NCBI GenBank assembly: GCA_963775425.1
Contig: CAVZJB010000009.1
Location: 172,485-236,484 of the forward strand
Source: an uncultured delta proteobacterium
GTDB lineage: Bacteria > Myxococcota > UBA727 > VGSZ01
DNA length: 64,000 bases
Reading direction: 5' to 3'
The notes beneath the pieces are model-generated. The model was not told where the DNA came from and ran no database searches. It was given only the letters and a program-made list of their open reading frames with translations. Every line of letters begins with the position of its first letter. The first letter of the stretch is position 1. Position numbers and translations under genes: made by a program. Positions 55,141 to 64,000 of this stretch are shown here, piece after piece.

Positions 55141-57345
55141 ATGAGAGTCATGCCCCTCCTCCTCGCGGCCGTCCTCGCGCTGTCCTGCGCCACCACCACC
55201 GCCGCCGCCTCCACCCGCACCGTCACGGTGGGCGGCCAACAGGTCCTCGCCGAGGACGTGGCCAAGGGCCTCCTCGACGACGGCAACGCGGCCGCCCGCG
55301 GCGGCGACGCCGGCAAGGCGCGCGCCTCGTTCGAGCGCGTGACCAACGAGTTCTCGGACACCTCGTCGTTCGGCCCCGCCACGGTCGGCCTCGCGCACAT
55401 CCTGCTCGACCAGGGCGACGCCAAGGGCGCGCAGGCCGCGCTCGAGAAGCTCCTCATGCAGGACCCGACCACGCCGGTGTCCGACGACGCGCGCTACCTG
55501 CTCGCGCTCGCGCAGCTCCAACAGGGCGACAGCAGGAGCGCGGCCCCCACGCTCAAGACCATCGTCGACAAGCTCCCCGCGGACCAGAAGGCCGACGCCC
55601 TCGCTCAGCTCGGCCGCCAGCTCCTCGCGCAGGGGCAGGGGACCGAGGGAGCGCGCTACGTCGCCCGCGCCCTCGCCGCCGGCGCCGCCGACAAGAGCGG
55701 GCTCGAAAAGGAGCTGTTCACGGCCGTCGACGGCGGCATCCCCTTCTCCGACCTGCGCGTGCTCCTCGAGACCGAGGCCAAGCCCAACACGCTCTTCGAC
55801 GAGCTTTTGACCATGAAGCTCGCGCGCGTGCACCTGCACCTGCGCGACTACGCCTCCGCCAACGACATGGTGCAGCGCTACCTGTCGCGCTACCCGAGCG
55901 GCCGCTTCGCGCAGCAGGCGAGCGCGCTGCGCGATCAGCTCGCGGCGCGCGTCGTCGTCGATCCCAAGGTGGTCGGCGTCATCCTGCCGCTCACGGGCGA
56001 CTACTCGCCCTACGGCAAGCGCTCCCTCGCCGCCATCAAGCTCGCCTTCGGCATCCCGGTGAAGCCGCACGTGACGCGCGCGCCCGAGCCCGTGCTCGAT
56101 CCAAAGACCGGCGAGCCCGTCGAGCCGCCCGCCGACGCAGCGCCGGCGCCGCGCGCGCGGGGCGACAAGGAGAGCCTCGAAGGCACGCTGACCGCGCCGA
56201 GCGGCCTGCGCATCGTCGTGAAGGACAGCGGCGGCGACGCCGACAAGGCGGTGGCGGCGGTGCACGCGCTCGTCGAGCAGGACCACGTCATCGCCATCCT
56301 CGGCGACATCCTCCTCGACACCTCGCTGCCGGCGGCGCTCGCCGCGGAGGACGCGGGCGTGCCCATCCTGTCCCTGTCGCGCCGCGAGGACGTCCCCAAG
56401 GCGGGGCCGTGGACGTTCCGGCTCGGGCTCACCGCCGAGAAGCAGGCGGAGGCGCTGGTGTCGCTCGCCGTCGACGGCATCGGGCTCAAGCGCTTCGCCA
56501 TCATGTACCCCAAGCACCAGTTCGGCGTGGAGCTGATGAACGCCATCTGGGACGAGCTGGAGAAGCGCAAGGCCGAGGTCACCGCCGTCGAGAGCTACGC
56601 GCATGACCAGACCACGTTCACGTCGGAGGCCAAGTCTCTCGTCGGGCGCGGCATGCAGGCCAACAAGGAGATGATCGAGTGCCGTCGCGAGGCGCGCGAA
56701 ATCACCAACTCCTATCGCCGCAAGAAGAAGTACGAGTCTTGCAACGATCTCGCCAAGCCCATCGTCGACTTCGAGGCGCTGTTCATCCCCGACAGCTACA
56801 AGACGGTCAGCTACGTGATCCCCGCGCTCGTCGCCGAGGACATGCTCCTCACCAACGACCGGCGCATCGTCGAGAACTACAAAAAGACGTTGCCGAACAA
56901 CAAGAACGTCAGGCCGGTGCAGCTCTTCGGCGTCAACATGTGGAACGACCCGGAGCTCACGCGTCGGCTCGGCCGGCAGATCGACGGCGCCATCTTCGTC
57001 GACGGCTTCGACGCCCGCTCGGGAGAGCCGCGCGTCCAGAAGTTCGTCAAGGCGTTCGCGGACGCGCACTACGGCAAGCCGCAGCTCGTCGAGGCGCAGG
57101 CGTACGACGGCGCCGCGTTGCTCTCGGCGCTGCTCAACGGATCGGGCGGTGCGTCGCCCAGGACCCGCGCGCAGATGCGCGGCGCGCTCGCCGGCGTGAA
57201 GGACTTCCCCGGCGTCACCGGCCTCATCCGGTTCGACGACGACGGGGACAGCGCCACGCCGCCGCGCTACTTCCAGGTCGACGGTGATAGGCTCGAAGCG
57301 CGGGATCCCGCCGCGCTCGCCAAGAGCGGCGAAAGCGGGGAGTGA
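55141..57345 (+). CDS. LpoA-like lipoprotein: TPR N-domain plus type I periplasmic-binding-protein C-domain
   Basis: ATG at 55141 (MRVMPLLLAAVLALSCA). TPR-like N half. C half VVGVILPLTGDYSPYGK...IVVKDSGGDADKAV resembles a Leu/Ile/Val-binding fold, as in PBP activator LpoA. Confidence 0.65.
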   Translation: MRVMPLLLAAVLALSCATTTAAASTRTVTVGGQQVLAEDVAKGLLDDGNAAARGGDAGKARASFERVTNEFSDTSSFGPATVGLAHILLDQGDAKGAQAALEKLLMQDPTTPVSDDARYLLALAQLQQGDSRSAAPTLKTIVDKLPADQKADALAQLGRQLLAQGQGTEGARYVARALAAGAADKSGLEKELFTAVDGGIPFSDLRVLLETEAKPNTLFDELLTMKLARVHLHLRDYASANDMVQRYLSRYPSGRFAQQASALRDQLAARVVVDPKVVGVILPLTGDYSPYGKRSLAAIKLAFGIPVKPHVTRAPEPVLDPKTGEPVEPPADAAPAPRARGDKESLEGTLTAPSGLRIVVKDSGGDADKAVAAVHALVEQDHVIAILGDILLDTSLPAALAAEDAGVPILSLSRREDVPKAGPWTFRLGLTAEKQAEALVSLAVDGIGLKRFAIMYPKHQFGVELMNAIWDELEKRKAEVTAVESYAHDQTTFTSEAKSLVGRGMQANKEMIECRREAREITNSYRRKKKYESCNDLAKPIVDFEALFIPDSYKTVSYVIPALVAEDMLLTNDRRIVENYKKTLPNNKNVRPVQLFGVNMWNDPELTRRLGRQIDGAIFVDGFDARSGEPRVQKFVKAFADAHYGKPQLVEAQAYDGAALLSALLNGSGGASPRTRAQMRGALAGVKDFPGVTGLIRFDDDGDSATPPRYFQVDGDRLEARDPAALAKSGESGE

Positions 57346-57399
57346 GCGCCCCACCCTGCACGACGACGGCGACGAACGAGGGCGCACCGGAGGCACGGA

Positions 57400-58092
57400 G
57401 TGAACGGCGTCATCTTCCAGTGCGCGGCATGCCGCGCGCTCGCCGTCGCGGACTCCATCCGCGTCGACGGTGACCGCGCCGGCCTCGCGTGCACGGCGTG
57501 CGGCGCCATCACCATGCTCCCCGTCGCCCACCGCGGCGGCGCCCGCGTCGTCGTCGACGCGGAGTCGCCTCGCCCCGCGCCCCCGCCCAAGGAGCTGCCC
57601 GCGCCGTCGTCGCTCGCGCCCGCCGGCCAGGTCGCGGTGCGTGACGGTGGGCTCGACGGGGCCGCGCGCGAGCGCGTCGCCGCCCGCGTCGCCAGGCTGC
57701 CGCCGGTCGCCGAGCAACAGGAGACGCTGGCGGCCGGCTTCGACAAGCTCCTCGCGCGTTGGGACGACGCCGCCGAGCACAAGCGCCTGTTGAAGAGCGC
57801 GGCCATCGCGGGCGAGCTCGCGTTCATGGGGCAGCGCTACCGGGCGGTGCTCGAAGAGGTCCCCGGCGACGCCGCGGCCAAGACCGCGCAAAACGAGATC
57901 ATGACGCTCGCCATGGCGTCGCTGACGGCCCGCAAGGACCTCGGCGCACCGGAGAAGAGCGCGGGCCAGAGGACACAGTGGATCGCCGCCGCGGTCCTCG
58001 CCGTCGTCTTCGCGGCGGTCACGCTCTGGCTTTTGCCCAAGCTTTTGCCTCCGGACCAGGACGGGGCGACAATCGAGAGAACCCACCGATGA
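57400..58092 (+). CDS. Zinc-ribbon protein with C-terminal TM, hypothetical
   Basis: GTG at 57400. CAAC...CTAC ribbon. C-terminal hydrophobic segment. Stop overlaps the next start (ATGA). Confidence 0.5.
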   Translation: MNGVIFQCAACRALAVADSIRVDGDRAGLACTACGAITMLPVAHRGGARVVVDAESPRPAPPPKELPAPSSLAPAGQVAVRDGGLDGAARERVAARVARLPPVAEQQETLAAGFDKLLARWDDAAEHKRLLKSAAIAGELAFMGQRYRAVLEEVPGDAAAKTAQNEIMTLAMASLTARKDLGAPEKSAGQRTQWIAAAVLAVVFAAVTLWLLPKLLPPDQDGATIERTHR

Positions 58093-58646
58093 CCGACGCT
58101 GACGCCCTGATCGAGGAAGCCGAGCGCAACGCGCAGTCGCTCGTCGAAGAGGCGCGCGCGCAGGTGAAGGAGATGATCGCGGCGGCCGCCGAAGAGGGCG
58201 AGCGCGAGGGGGCGGCGCAGGCTGAGCACATGCGCGACGAGATCCAGCATCTGCTCGAGCGCATGCTCAAGGAGGTCGACGGGGAGGTGGTGCGCACCGC
58301 GATGCGGGTCGCGCGCGCGCTGCTCGCCGCGGAGACGCAGATGCGCGAGGACGCCGTCGTCGACGTCGCCGCCACCGCGCTGCAGGCGGCCAAGACCGCG
58401 CGCGACATCAACCTGCGCGCGAGCCCCCGCGACGCGCCTGTGCTGCGGCGCGACAAGGCGCGCCTCGTCAGCGTGCTCACCCGCGCCAAGGACCTGGAGA
58501 TCCGCGAGGACCGGCGCGTGAACCCCGGCGGAGTCCTCATCGAGACGGAGTCCGGCGTCGTCGACGCGCAACTCGACACCCAGCTCGAGGAGCTCGAGCA
58601 GGTGCTCGAGCGCAAGGGCGCGCGTGGTGCGCAGGAGCAGGCGTAG
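58089..58646 (+). CDS. FliH/SctL-like protein (type III export stator-family fold)
   Basis: Coiled-coil N half. C-terminal RVNPGGVLIETESGVVDAQLDTQLEEL matches the FliH/YscL C-terminal consensus. 185 aa. Confidence 0.5.
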   Translation: MTDADALIEEAERNAQSLVEEARAQVKEMIAAAAEEGEREGAAQAEHMRDEIQHLLERMLKEVDGEVVRTAMRVARALLAAETQMREDAVVDVAATALQAAKTARDINLRASPRDAPVLRRDKARLVSVLTRAKDLEIREDRRVNPGGVLIETESGVVDAQLDTQLEELEQVLERKGARGAQEQA

Positions 58647-59794
58647 TGGCGCGCGTCATCAAAGCGGGCCAAGGAGGACAGAAGCCCGCGCGCCCCGCGA
58701 CGCGCATGATCGTCGACGCCGGCGACAAGAAGATCATCGATCGCGCGCTCTATCAGGCGAAGCAGGACGCCGAGCACATCCTGATGCGCGCCGAGCACGA
58801 GCGGCAAGCCATCATCGCGGACGGCAAGAAGCAGTCGGCGCGCACCCGCGAGGAGGCCATGGTGCGCGGAGCGTCCGAGGCGTTCGCGGCGGCGGCGGCG
58901 GAGGCGCTGGCGGCGTTTCGCGCGCGCGCCGATCGCTACGGCGAGGCCGCCGACGACATCCGCGCCCTCGCGCTGGAGGTGGTGAGGAAGGTGCTCGGCA
59001 ACGAGCCCGATCTCGGACCCAAGGACGTCGAGCGCATCCTGCAGCGCGGCATGACGCAGTTGCGGGCGCGCCGCCGGCTGCGGCTGCAGGTGGCCAACGG
59101 GCGGCTCGGCCAGCTTCACACCGAGCGGCCCAACCTGATGAAGGCGCTGCAAAACGAGCCCGACCTCGTCATCGAGGACGTCGACGACGTCAGCGAGGGG
59201 TTCGCGCGCGTCGTCACGGAGATCGGCGGCGCCTTGTGCGCCGAAGAGACCGCCCTCGACGCGCTCAGCGTGAGCGTCAACGTGCACGAGCAGCCACGCT
59301 CGCAGCGGGCGAGCACCGGCGAGACCAACGTCAACACCGCGCCCAAGGGCTTGCAGGCGCTGCAGCGGCCATCCACCGACGAGAGCCTCCCCGACGCGGC
59401 CGTCGTCGAGGACGAGATCCCCGACGACGGCGACGACACCATGAACATGGCGGCCTCGAGCGAGCGTACCCGCCCGCGGCGCGCGTACACCCGCGGCGAC
59501 GACGTCGAGGAGATCGAGGCCGAGGAGGACAGCATCGGCGACGAGCCCACCTCCACGCGGCGCGCGGGGCGCGGCGCGGGCGAGCGCGTGCAGATCTCGC
59601 CCGGAACACGCGCGGCGACGCGCGTCGTCCCCATCGACGCCCGCAAGGACGCGCGCGCGCTCCCCGCGGGCGACAGCGACGAGACGTTGCGCCACGCGCC
59701 GATGATCGTCGACGAGGACGCGAGCAGTGAAGAGGACGAAGACCTCGACCTGTTCACCGACGACGCCGTGAAGACCCCGAGGAAGAAGCGCTGA
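58646..59794 (+). CDS. Second FliH/SctL-like protein with long acidic C-terminal tail
   Basis: GTG at 58646 overlaps the previous stop (TAGTG). Coiled-coil, ALALEVVRKVL, IEDVDDVSEGFARVVTEIGGALCAEETALDAL. C-terminal 120 aa are acidic and disordered. Confidence 0.45.
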   Translation: MARVIKAGQGGQKPARPATRMIVDAGDKKIIDRALYQAKQDAEHILMRAEHERQAIIADGKKQSARTREEAMVRGASEAFAAAAAEALAAFRARADRYGEAADDIRALALEVVRKVLGNEPDLGPKDVERILQRGMTQLRARRRLRLQVANGRLGQLHTERPNLMKALQNEPDLVIEDVDDVSEGFARVVTEIGGALCAEETALDALSVSVNVHEQPRSQRASTGETNVNTAPKGLQALQRPSTDESLPDAAVVEDEIPDDGDDTMNMAASSERTRPRRAYTRGDDVEEIEAEEDSIGDEPTSTRRAGRGAGERVQISPGTRAATRVVPIDARKDARALPAGDSDETLRHAPMIVDEDASSEEDEDLDLFTDDAVKTPRKKR

Positions 59795-60519
59795 TGGCCG
59801 TTCCCCGCCACGTCGCCATCATCATGGACGGCAACGGCCGCTGGGCCGAAGACCGCGGCCTGCCTCGCATCGAGGGGCACCGCGCGGGGGCCAAGACCGT
59901 ACGTGAGGTGACCACGCATTGCCGCGAACGCGGCGTTCGCTACCTCACCCTCTACGCGTTCTCGTCGGAGAACTGGGGGCGCCCCGAGACGGAGGTCGGC
60001 GGCCTGATGCAGCTCCTCCACGAGTACCTGGTGGAGGAGCGCGCCACGCTTTTGAAGAACCAGATCGAGCTGCGCACCATCGGCGCCACCGACAAGCTGC
60101 CGCTGTTCGTCCGCACCGTGCTGAAGGCGGCGAAGGAGGCGAGCCGCGGCCTCGGCGGGATGCGCCTGACGTTGGCGTTGTCGTACGGCTCCCGCGACGA
60201 GATCGTGCGCGCCGCGCGCGCCCTCGCCGGCGACGTTCGGCGCGGCACGCTCAAGCCCGACGAGATCGACGAAAAGGCCGTCAGCGCGCGGCTCGACACC
60301 GCGGACATGCCGGACCCGGACCTCCTCATCCGCACGAGCGGAGAGATGCGCCTGTCGAACTTCCTCCTGTGGCAGCTCGCCTACACCGAGCTGTACGTCA
60401 CCGACGTCACTTGGCCGGAATTTTCACGCGCGCACGTCGACGAGGCCTTCGCTTCCTTCGGCTCCCGCCAGCGCCGCTTCGGTCTGACCGGCGCGCAGGC
60501 GCGGAAGGGCTCTTCGTGA
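59794..60519 (+). CDS. uppS: Isoprenyl transferase (undecaprenyl diphosphate synthase)
   Basis: HVAIIMDGNGRWA and TSGEMRLSNFLLWQ. ATG overlaps the upstream stop (TGATG). Confidence 0.93.
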   Translation: MAVPRHVAIIMDGNGRWAEDRGLPRIEGHRAGAKTVREVTTHCRERGVRYLTLYAFSSENWGRPETEVGGLMQLLHEYLVEERATLLKNQIELRTIGATDKLPLFVRTVLKAAKEASRGLGGMRLTLALSYGSRDEIVRAARALAGDVRRGTLKPDEIDEKAVSARLDTADMPDPDLLIRTSGEMRLSNFLLWQLAYTELYVTDVTWPEFSRAHVDEAFASFGSRQRRFGLTGAQARKGSS

Positions 60520-61364
60520 ACAACCTCCTGCTCCGCGTCCTCTCGGCGGCCGTGCTGTTGCCGCCCGTGATCGCCGCGTTCATCGCCGGCGGCTGGTGGC
60601 TGCGCGGCCTCGTCCTTACGGCCACGGCCATCGGCCTGTTCGAGTACGGCCGCATCGTCGCCCGCGACTCGCTGCGCGACCGCATCGCGTTGCTGATCGT
60701 CGGCAGCGGCGCCACCGCGCTCGGCCTCGTCCTCGACAACGCCATCGCCGCGTTGCTCGTGCTTCAGGTGGCCACCATGGCGATCGCCTCCATGGTGGTG
60801 CTGGCGCCGGGCGACCTGATCACGGCGTGGAAGCGCCTGTGCGTCCTGGCGTTCGGCGTGTGGTACGTCGGCCTGAGCCTGCTCGCGGTGGCGCGGCTGC
60901 GCGACCTCGGCGACGCGTACACCGGCGCCGCCCGCGGCGGGCACATCCTGGTCGCGTTCACCGCCACCTGGGCCAACGACACCTGCGCCTACTTCGCCGG
61001 CCGCGCCTTCGGGAAGCACAAGATGTCGGCGAAGGTCTCGCCCAAGAAGACCTGGGAGGGCTTCGCCGGCGGCGCCGTCGGAACGCTCGCGTTCCTCCTC
61101 GCGGGGCGGGCGCTGTTCCCGTCGGTGTTCCTCGACATCACGTACCTCGACATGGTCATCGTGGGGCTGCCCGTGAGCTTCCTCGGCCCCATGGGCGACC
61201 TCGCCGAGTCCATGCTCAAGCGTGCCTACGACGTCAAAGACTCCGGCAACATCATCCCCGGCCACGGCGGCATCCTCGACCGCGTCGACGCCGTCTTCTT
61301 CGTGGCGCCGTGGACCCTCGCGTACTTCATGGCCGTGAAGCCGCTCGTCGACAAGCTCGTCTGA
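60516..61364 (+). CDS. cdsA: Phosphatidate cytidylyltransferase
   Basis: GTG overlaps the uppS stop (GTGA). KKTWEGFAGG and GHGGILDRVD CTP-transferase motifs. Confidence 0.9.
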   Translation: MNNLLLRVLSAAVLLPPVIAAFIAGGWWLRGLVLTATAIGLFEYGRIVARDSLRDRIALLIVGSGATALGLVLDNAIAALLVLQVATMAIASMVVLAPGDLITAWKRLCVLAFGVWYVGLSLLAVARLRDLGDAYTGAARGGHILVAFTATWANDTCAYFAGRAFGKHKMSAKVSPKKTWEGFAGGAVGTLAFLLAGRALFPSVFLDITYLDMVIVGLPVSFLGPMGDLAESMLKRAYDVKDSGNIIPGHGGILDRVDAVFFVAPWTLAYFMAVKPLVDKLV

Positions 61365-61397
61365 CTCGAGCGGCGCCACGCCGCGCCGTGTGAGCCG

Positions 61398-63074
61398 TCA
61401 CCGGCGGAAGAGGCGGCGCAGCAGGCTCTGCTTGGCCGCTGTCCCCTGGGGGCCGGTGGGACGAGCGGGTGAGTGGCTCGGGGCGATGGCCATCTGGCTC
61501 GCGGTGGCGTCGGTGAGGTCGGCGGGGTCCATGCTGAGCGTGGGCGTGCCGGCGATGAGCGTGAGCTTCCTGGTGGCGCCGGCGTAGCTGCCCTTGACGT
61601 CGACGATGCCTTCGGGGTCGATGTGGATGGCGAGCGAGAGGTGCGCCTTGCCCGCAGGCGCGGGCGCGAGGCCGTCGAAGCGCACGGTACCCAGGTAGTC
61701 GGCGTTGTTGATCTCGCGCGATTGCCCCTGGAAGAGGTCCACCTCGATGGACGTCTGCCCGTCGTGGAGCGTGGCCACGTCCGTGCGCGCCTCCACCGGC
61801 AGCGTGGCGTTGCGCGGCACCACGGGCTCGAAGTGCACCGTGGTCTGCGTGCGGCGGCCGACGCCGATGGGCAACGAGATGACGTCGAGCAGGCGCAGGT
61901 CGCCCCCGCTCTGCAGCGAGCGGCCGAGCAGCGCCGCTCCCTGCGCGACCACCTCGTCGGGGTTCACGCCCTTCTTGGGCGGCCGGCCGAATTGCTTCTC
62001 GAGCCGCGCCTGGATGGCGGGCATGCGCGTCTGGCCGCCCGCGAGCAGCACCTCGTTGATCTCGTCGTGCTGGAGCCCGGCGTGCGCGAGCACCTCGTCG
62101 ACGGTGTGGGCGCAGCGCTCGATGAGGTCGTCGGTGAGCTGGTTCAACATCTGTCGGCTGACGTGCAGCACCATGTCCACGGGCTTTCCGCGCCGCGCGG
62201 CCACGAACGGCAGCCGCACCTCCGCGTGCTGCAACAGGGACAGGTCGATCTTGGCGAGCTCCGCCGCGTTGAGCACGCGTTGGACGACGACGGCGTCGTC
62301 GCGGATGTCGATGCCCTCTTCGGTCTCGAAGCGATCGATGAGGTAGTCGGTGAGGCGGATGTCGAAGTCGACGCCGCCGAGGAAGCCGTCCCCGCCGGTG
62401 GCGAGGACCTGGAACGTTCCGCCGCCGATCTCGAGGATGGAGACGTCGAACGTGCCGCCGCCGAGGTCGAACACCAGGATGCGCTGGTCGACGTTGCGGT
62501 TCATGCCGTACGCGAGCGCCGCCGCGGTGGGCTCGTTCACCAGGCGCCACACGTCGAGGCCCGCCTCCTTGCCCGCTTTGCGCACGGCCTCGCGCTGCGA
62601 CAGCGGGTAGTACGCCGGGACCGAGATGACGACGCCGTCGAGCGGACCGCCGCCGCCGAGCTGCGACAGGTGCGCCGCCGAGTAGCGCGCGATCTGCGAC
62701 AGCAGGATGGAGGAGATTTCGGTGAGCTCGTGGACGCGGCCGCCGGCGTGCACGGCGCAAAAGCCGTCCTTCCCCTCGGTGATCTCGTACGCGAAGCGCT
62801 TCTGCAGCGCCTGCACCTGGCGCGAGTGGTAGGGGCGGCCCACGAGGCGCTTGCTGCCGTAGATGGTGTCGGACGGGTTGATGAGGAGCTGCTCTTTCGC
62901 CGGCTGCCCGATCAACACGCGCTCACCCGCGAACGCCACCACCGACGGCAACAAGGTGTAGCCGCGCTCCGTGGGGATCACCCGCGGCACGCGCCCGTCG
63001 GTCCAGGCGGCGAGCGTGTTGGTGGTCCCGAGGTCGATCCCGACGACCCGAGGCGTTTTCCCGGCGGAGACCAT
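61398..63074 (-). CDS. Hsp70-family protein, non-canonical (HscC-like)
   Basis: [20 protein letters not shown] and NEPTAAA actin-like ATPase motifs. Divergent short substrate-binding domain. 558 aa. Confidence 0.85.
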   Translation of the reverse strand: MVSAGKTPRVVGIDLGTTNTLAAWTDGRVPRVIPTERGYTLLPSVVAFAGERVLIGQPAKEQLLINPSDTIYGSKRLVGRPYHSRQVQALQKRFAYEITEGKDGFCAVHAGGRVHELTEISSILLSQIARYSAAHLSQLGGGGPLDGVVISVPAYYPLSQREAVRKAGKEAGLDVWRLVNEPTAAALAYGMNRNVDQRILVFDLGGGTFDVSILEIGGGTFQVLATGGDGFLGGVDFDIRLTDYLIDRFETEEGIDIRDDAVVVQRVLNAAELAKIDLSLLQHAEVRLPFVAARRGKPVDMVLHVSRQMLNQLTDDLIERCAHTVDEVLAHAGLQHDEINEVLLAGGQTRMPAIQARLEKQFGRPPKKGVNPDEVVAQGAALLGRSLQSGGDLRLLDVISLPIGVGRRTQTTVHFEPVVPRNATLPVEARTDVATLHDGQTSIEVDLFQGQSREINNADYLGTVRFDGLAPAPAGKAHLSLAIHIDPEGIVDVKGSYAGATRKLTLIAGTPTLSMDPADLTDATASQMAIAPSHSPARPTGPQGTAAKQSLLRRLFRR

Positions 63075-63135
63075 GTACGGCGGACACTACCAGAGCTTGA
63101 CGTCGACGTTGGGAAAGAACGATCGTCGACACAAC

Positions 63136-64000
63136 GGTGACTGACCCACCCCCTCCCCCGTCGTCGAGCCCGCCCGCGCCGGCGCCATCGTCGTCGCCCG
63201 CGCCGAACGCAACCGAGCGCAAGTCGACGGCGCGGCGGATGCGCGACGTGTTCGTCTCGGCGATGCAGGCGGTGGGCGAGCCGGCGGTGAAATTCCTCGA
63301 GGAGACGGGAAAGCTCGGCGCGTTCTGTTTGCAGGTGGCCTTCTGGCTCCCGCGCCGCCCGTTCCGCTGGTCGCAACTGTTCCGGCACATGCGCGACATC
63401 GGCTTCGGCTCGCTGTTCATCGTGGTGCTCACCGGGTTCTTCACCGGGCTGGTCTTCGGTTTTCAAACGTTGCAGGGCTTCCGCCGCTTCGGCGCCGAAG
63501 CGCTGGTCGGACCCGCAACGCTCCTCACGCTTGCGCGCGAGCTGGGCGCGGTGCTCACGGGCTTGATGGTCGCCGGCCGCTCGGGCTCGGGCATGGCCAC
63601 CGAGCTCGGCACCATGCGCGTGACGGAGCAGATCGACGCGCTGTCGACGCTGGCGGTGGAGCCGGTTCAATACCTGGTCGTGCCGCGCACCATCGCGGCC
63701 ACCATGATGATGCCCCTGCTCACGGCGATCTTCGCCGCCACGGGCTTTTTGGGCTGCTACCTGATCGGCGTCGTGCGCGAGGGCGTGGATCCCGGCGTGT
63801 TCTTCCACGAGACGTGGCAGTCGCTCGACCCCGACGACTTCTACGAAGGCTGGATCAAGGCCGCCTTCTTCGGTCTGCAGATAGCGCTCATCTCCTGTTA
63901 CCAGGGGTTCCACGCCGCCGGCGGCGCCCGCGGCGTCGGCGAGGCGGCGACGCGCGCCGTGGTGTTGTCGTCGGTGAGCATCCTCGTCGGCACCTACCTG
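63136..64000 (+). CDS. mlaE: MlaE/YrbE-family ABC transporter permease (3-prime partial, runs off window)
   Basis: Conserved MlaE motifs (GFQTLQGF, VGPATLLTLARELGAVLTGLMVAGR, MRVTEQIDAL). Start is GTG at 63136 or ATG at 63238. No stop within the window. Confidence 0.7.

Noticed and set aside
54313-58086. 1257 aa minus-strand ORF opposite the LpoA-like and zinc-ribbon genes
   Set aside because: Antisense frame artefact. No domain-like sequence. The plus-strand genes carry clear motifs.

Overview
This is a 64 kb window of very high-GC DNA. By eye the GC content is about 70%, apart from one lower-GC patch at roughly 48.6-49.5 kb. I read about 66 protein-coding genes, packed tightly with many 1-4 nt start/stop overlaps (ATGA, GTGA, TGATG). 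I found no rRNA or tRNA genes and no CRISPR array. The gene content points to a myxobacterium-like deltaproteobacterium (inference): many lipoproteins with Gly-Glu linkers, lamin-tail domains, PEGA domains, Ser/Thr kinases, an FHA-sigma54 activator, DUF4388 and PilZ.

Recognisable housekeeping genes are uvrB, bcp, trxB, glmU, rph-rdgB, ndh, lgt, fmt, a Sir2/CobB deacylase, uppS-cdsA, an Hsp70 and a partial mlaE.

Features that are not routine:
- A roughly 2.3 kb cassette (42211-44490) is flanked by about 230 bp imperfect inverted repeats. It holds an FG-GAP/VCBS-repeat secreted protein gene with a perfect 8 bp tandem array (about 19 copies) just upstream and a 13 bp tandem array (about 11 copies) just downstream.
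- An isolated, translationally coupled operon encodes a YscJ/FliF-like ring lipoprotein, a FliG-like protein and an RCK-gated K+ channel, with no flagellar or type III secretion neighbours. Two FliH/SctL-like genes sit about 10 kb away, fused to the uppS-cdsA operon.
- Three copies of an intergenic MITE-like repeat are present. One carries a transposase N-terminal (DUF772) fragment, and one has lost the internal hairpin.
- A low-GC patch holds a beta-class N6-adenine-type DNA methyltransferase with no restriction partner.
- Three translationally coupled paralogous Cys-rich lipoproteins sit behind a DUF4388 gene.

Many long ORFs in the supplied track are antisense or frame artefacts of the GC-rich sequence, and I rejected them. 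The track labels GTG starts as M, so I re-derived start codons from the DNA.
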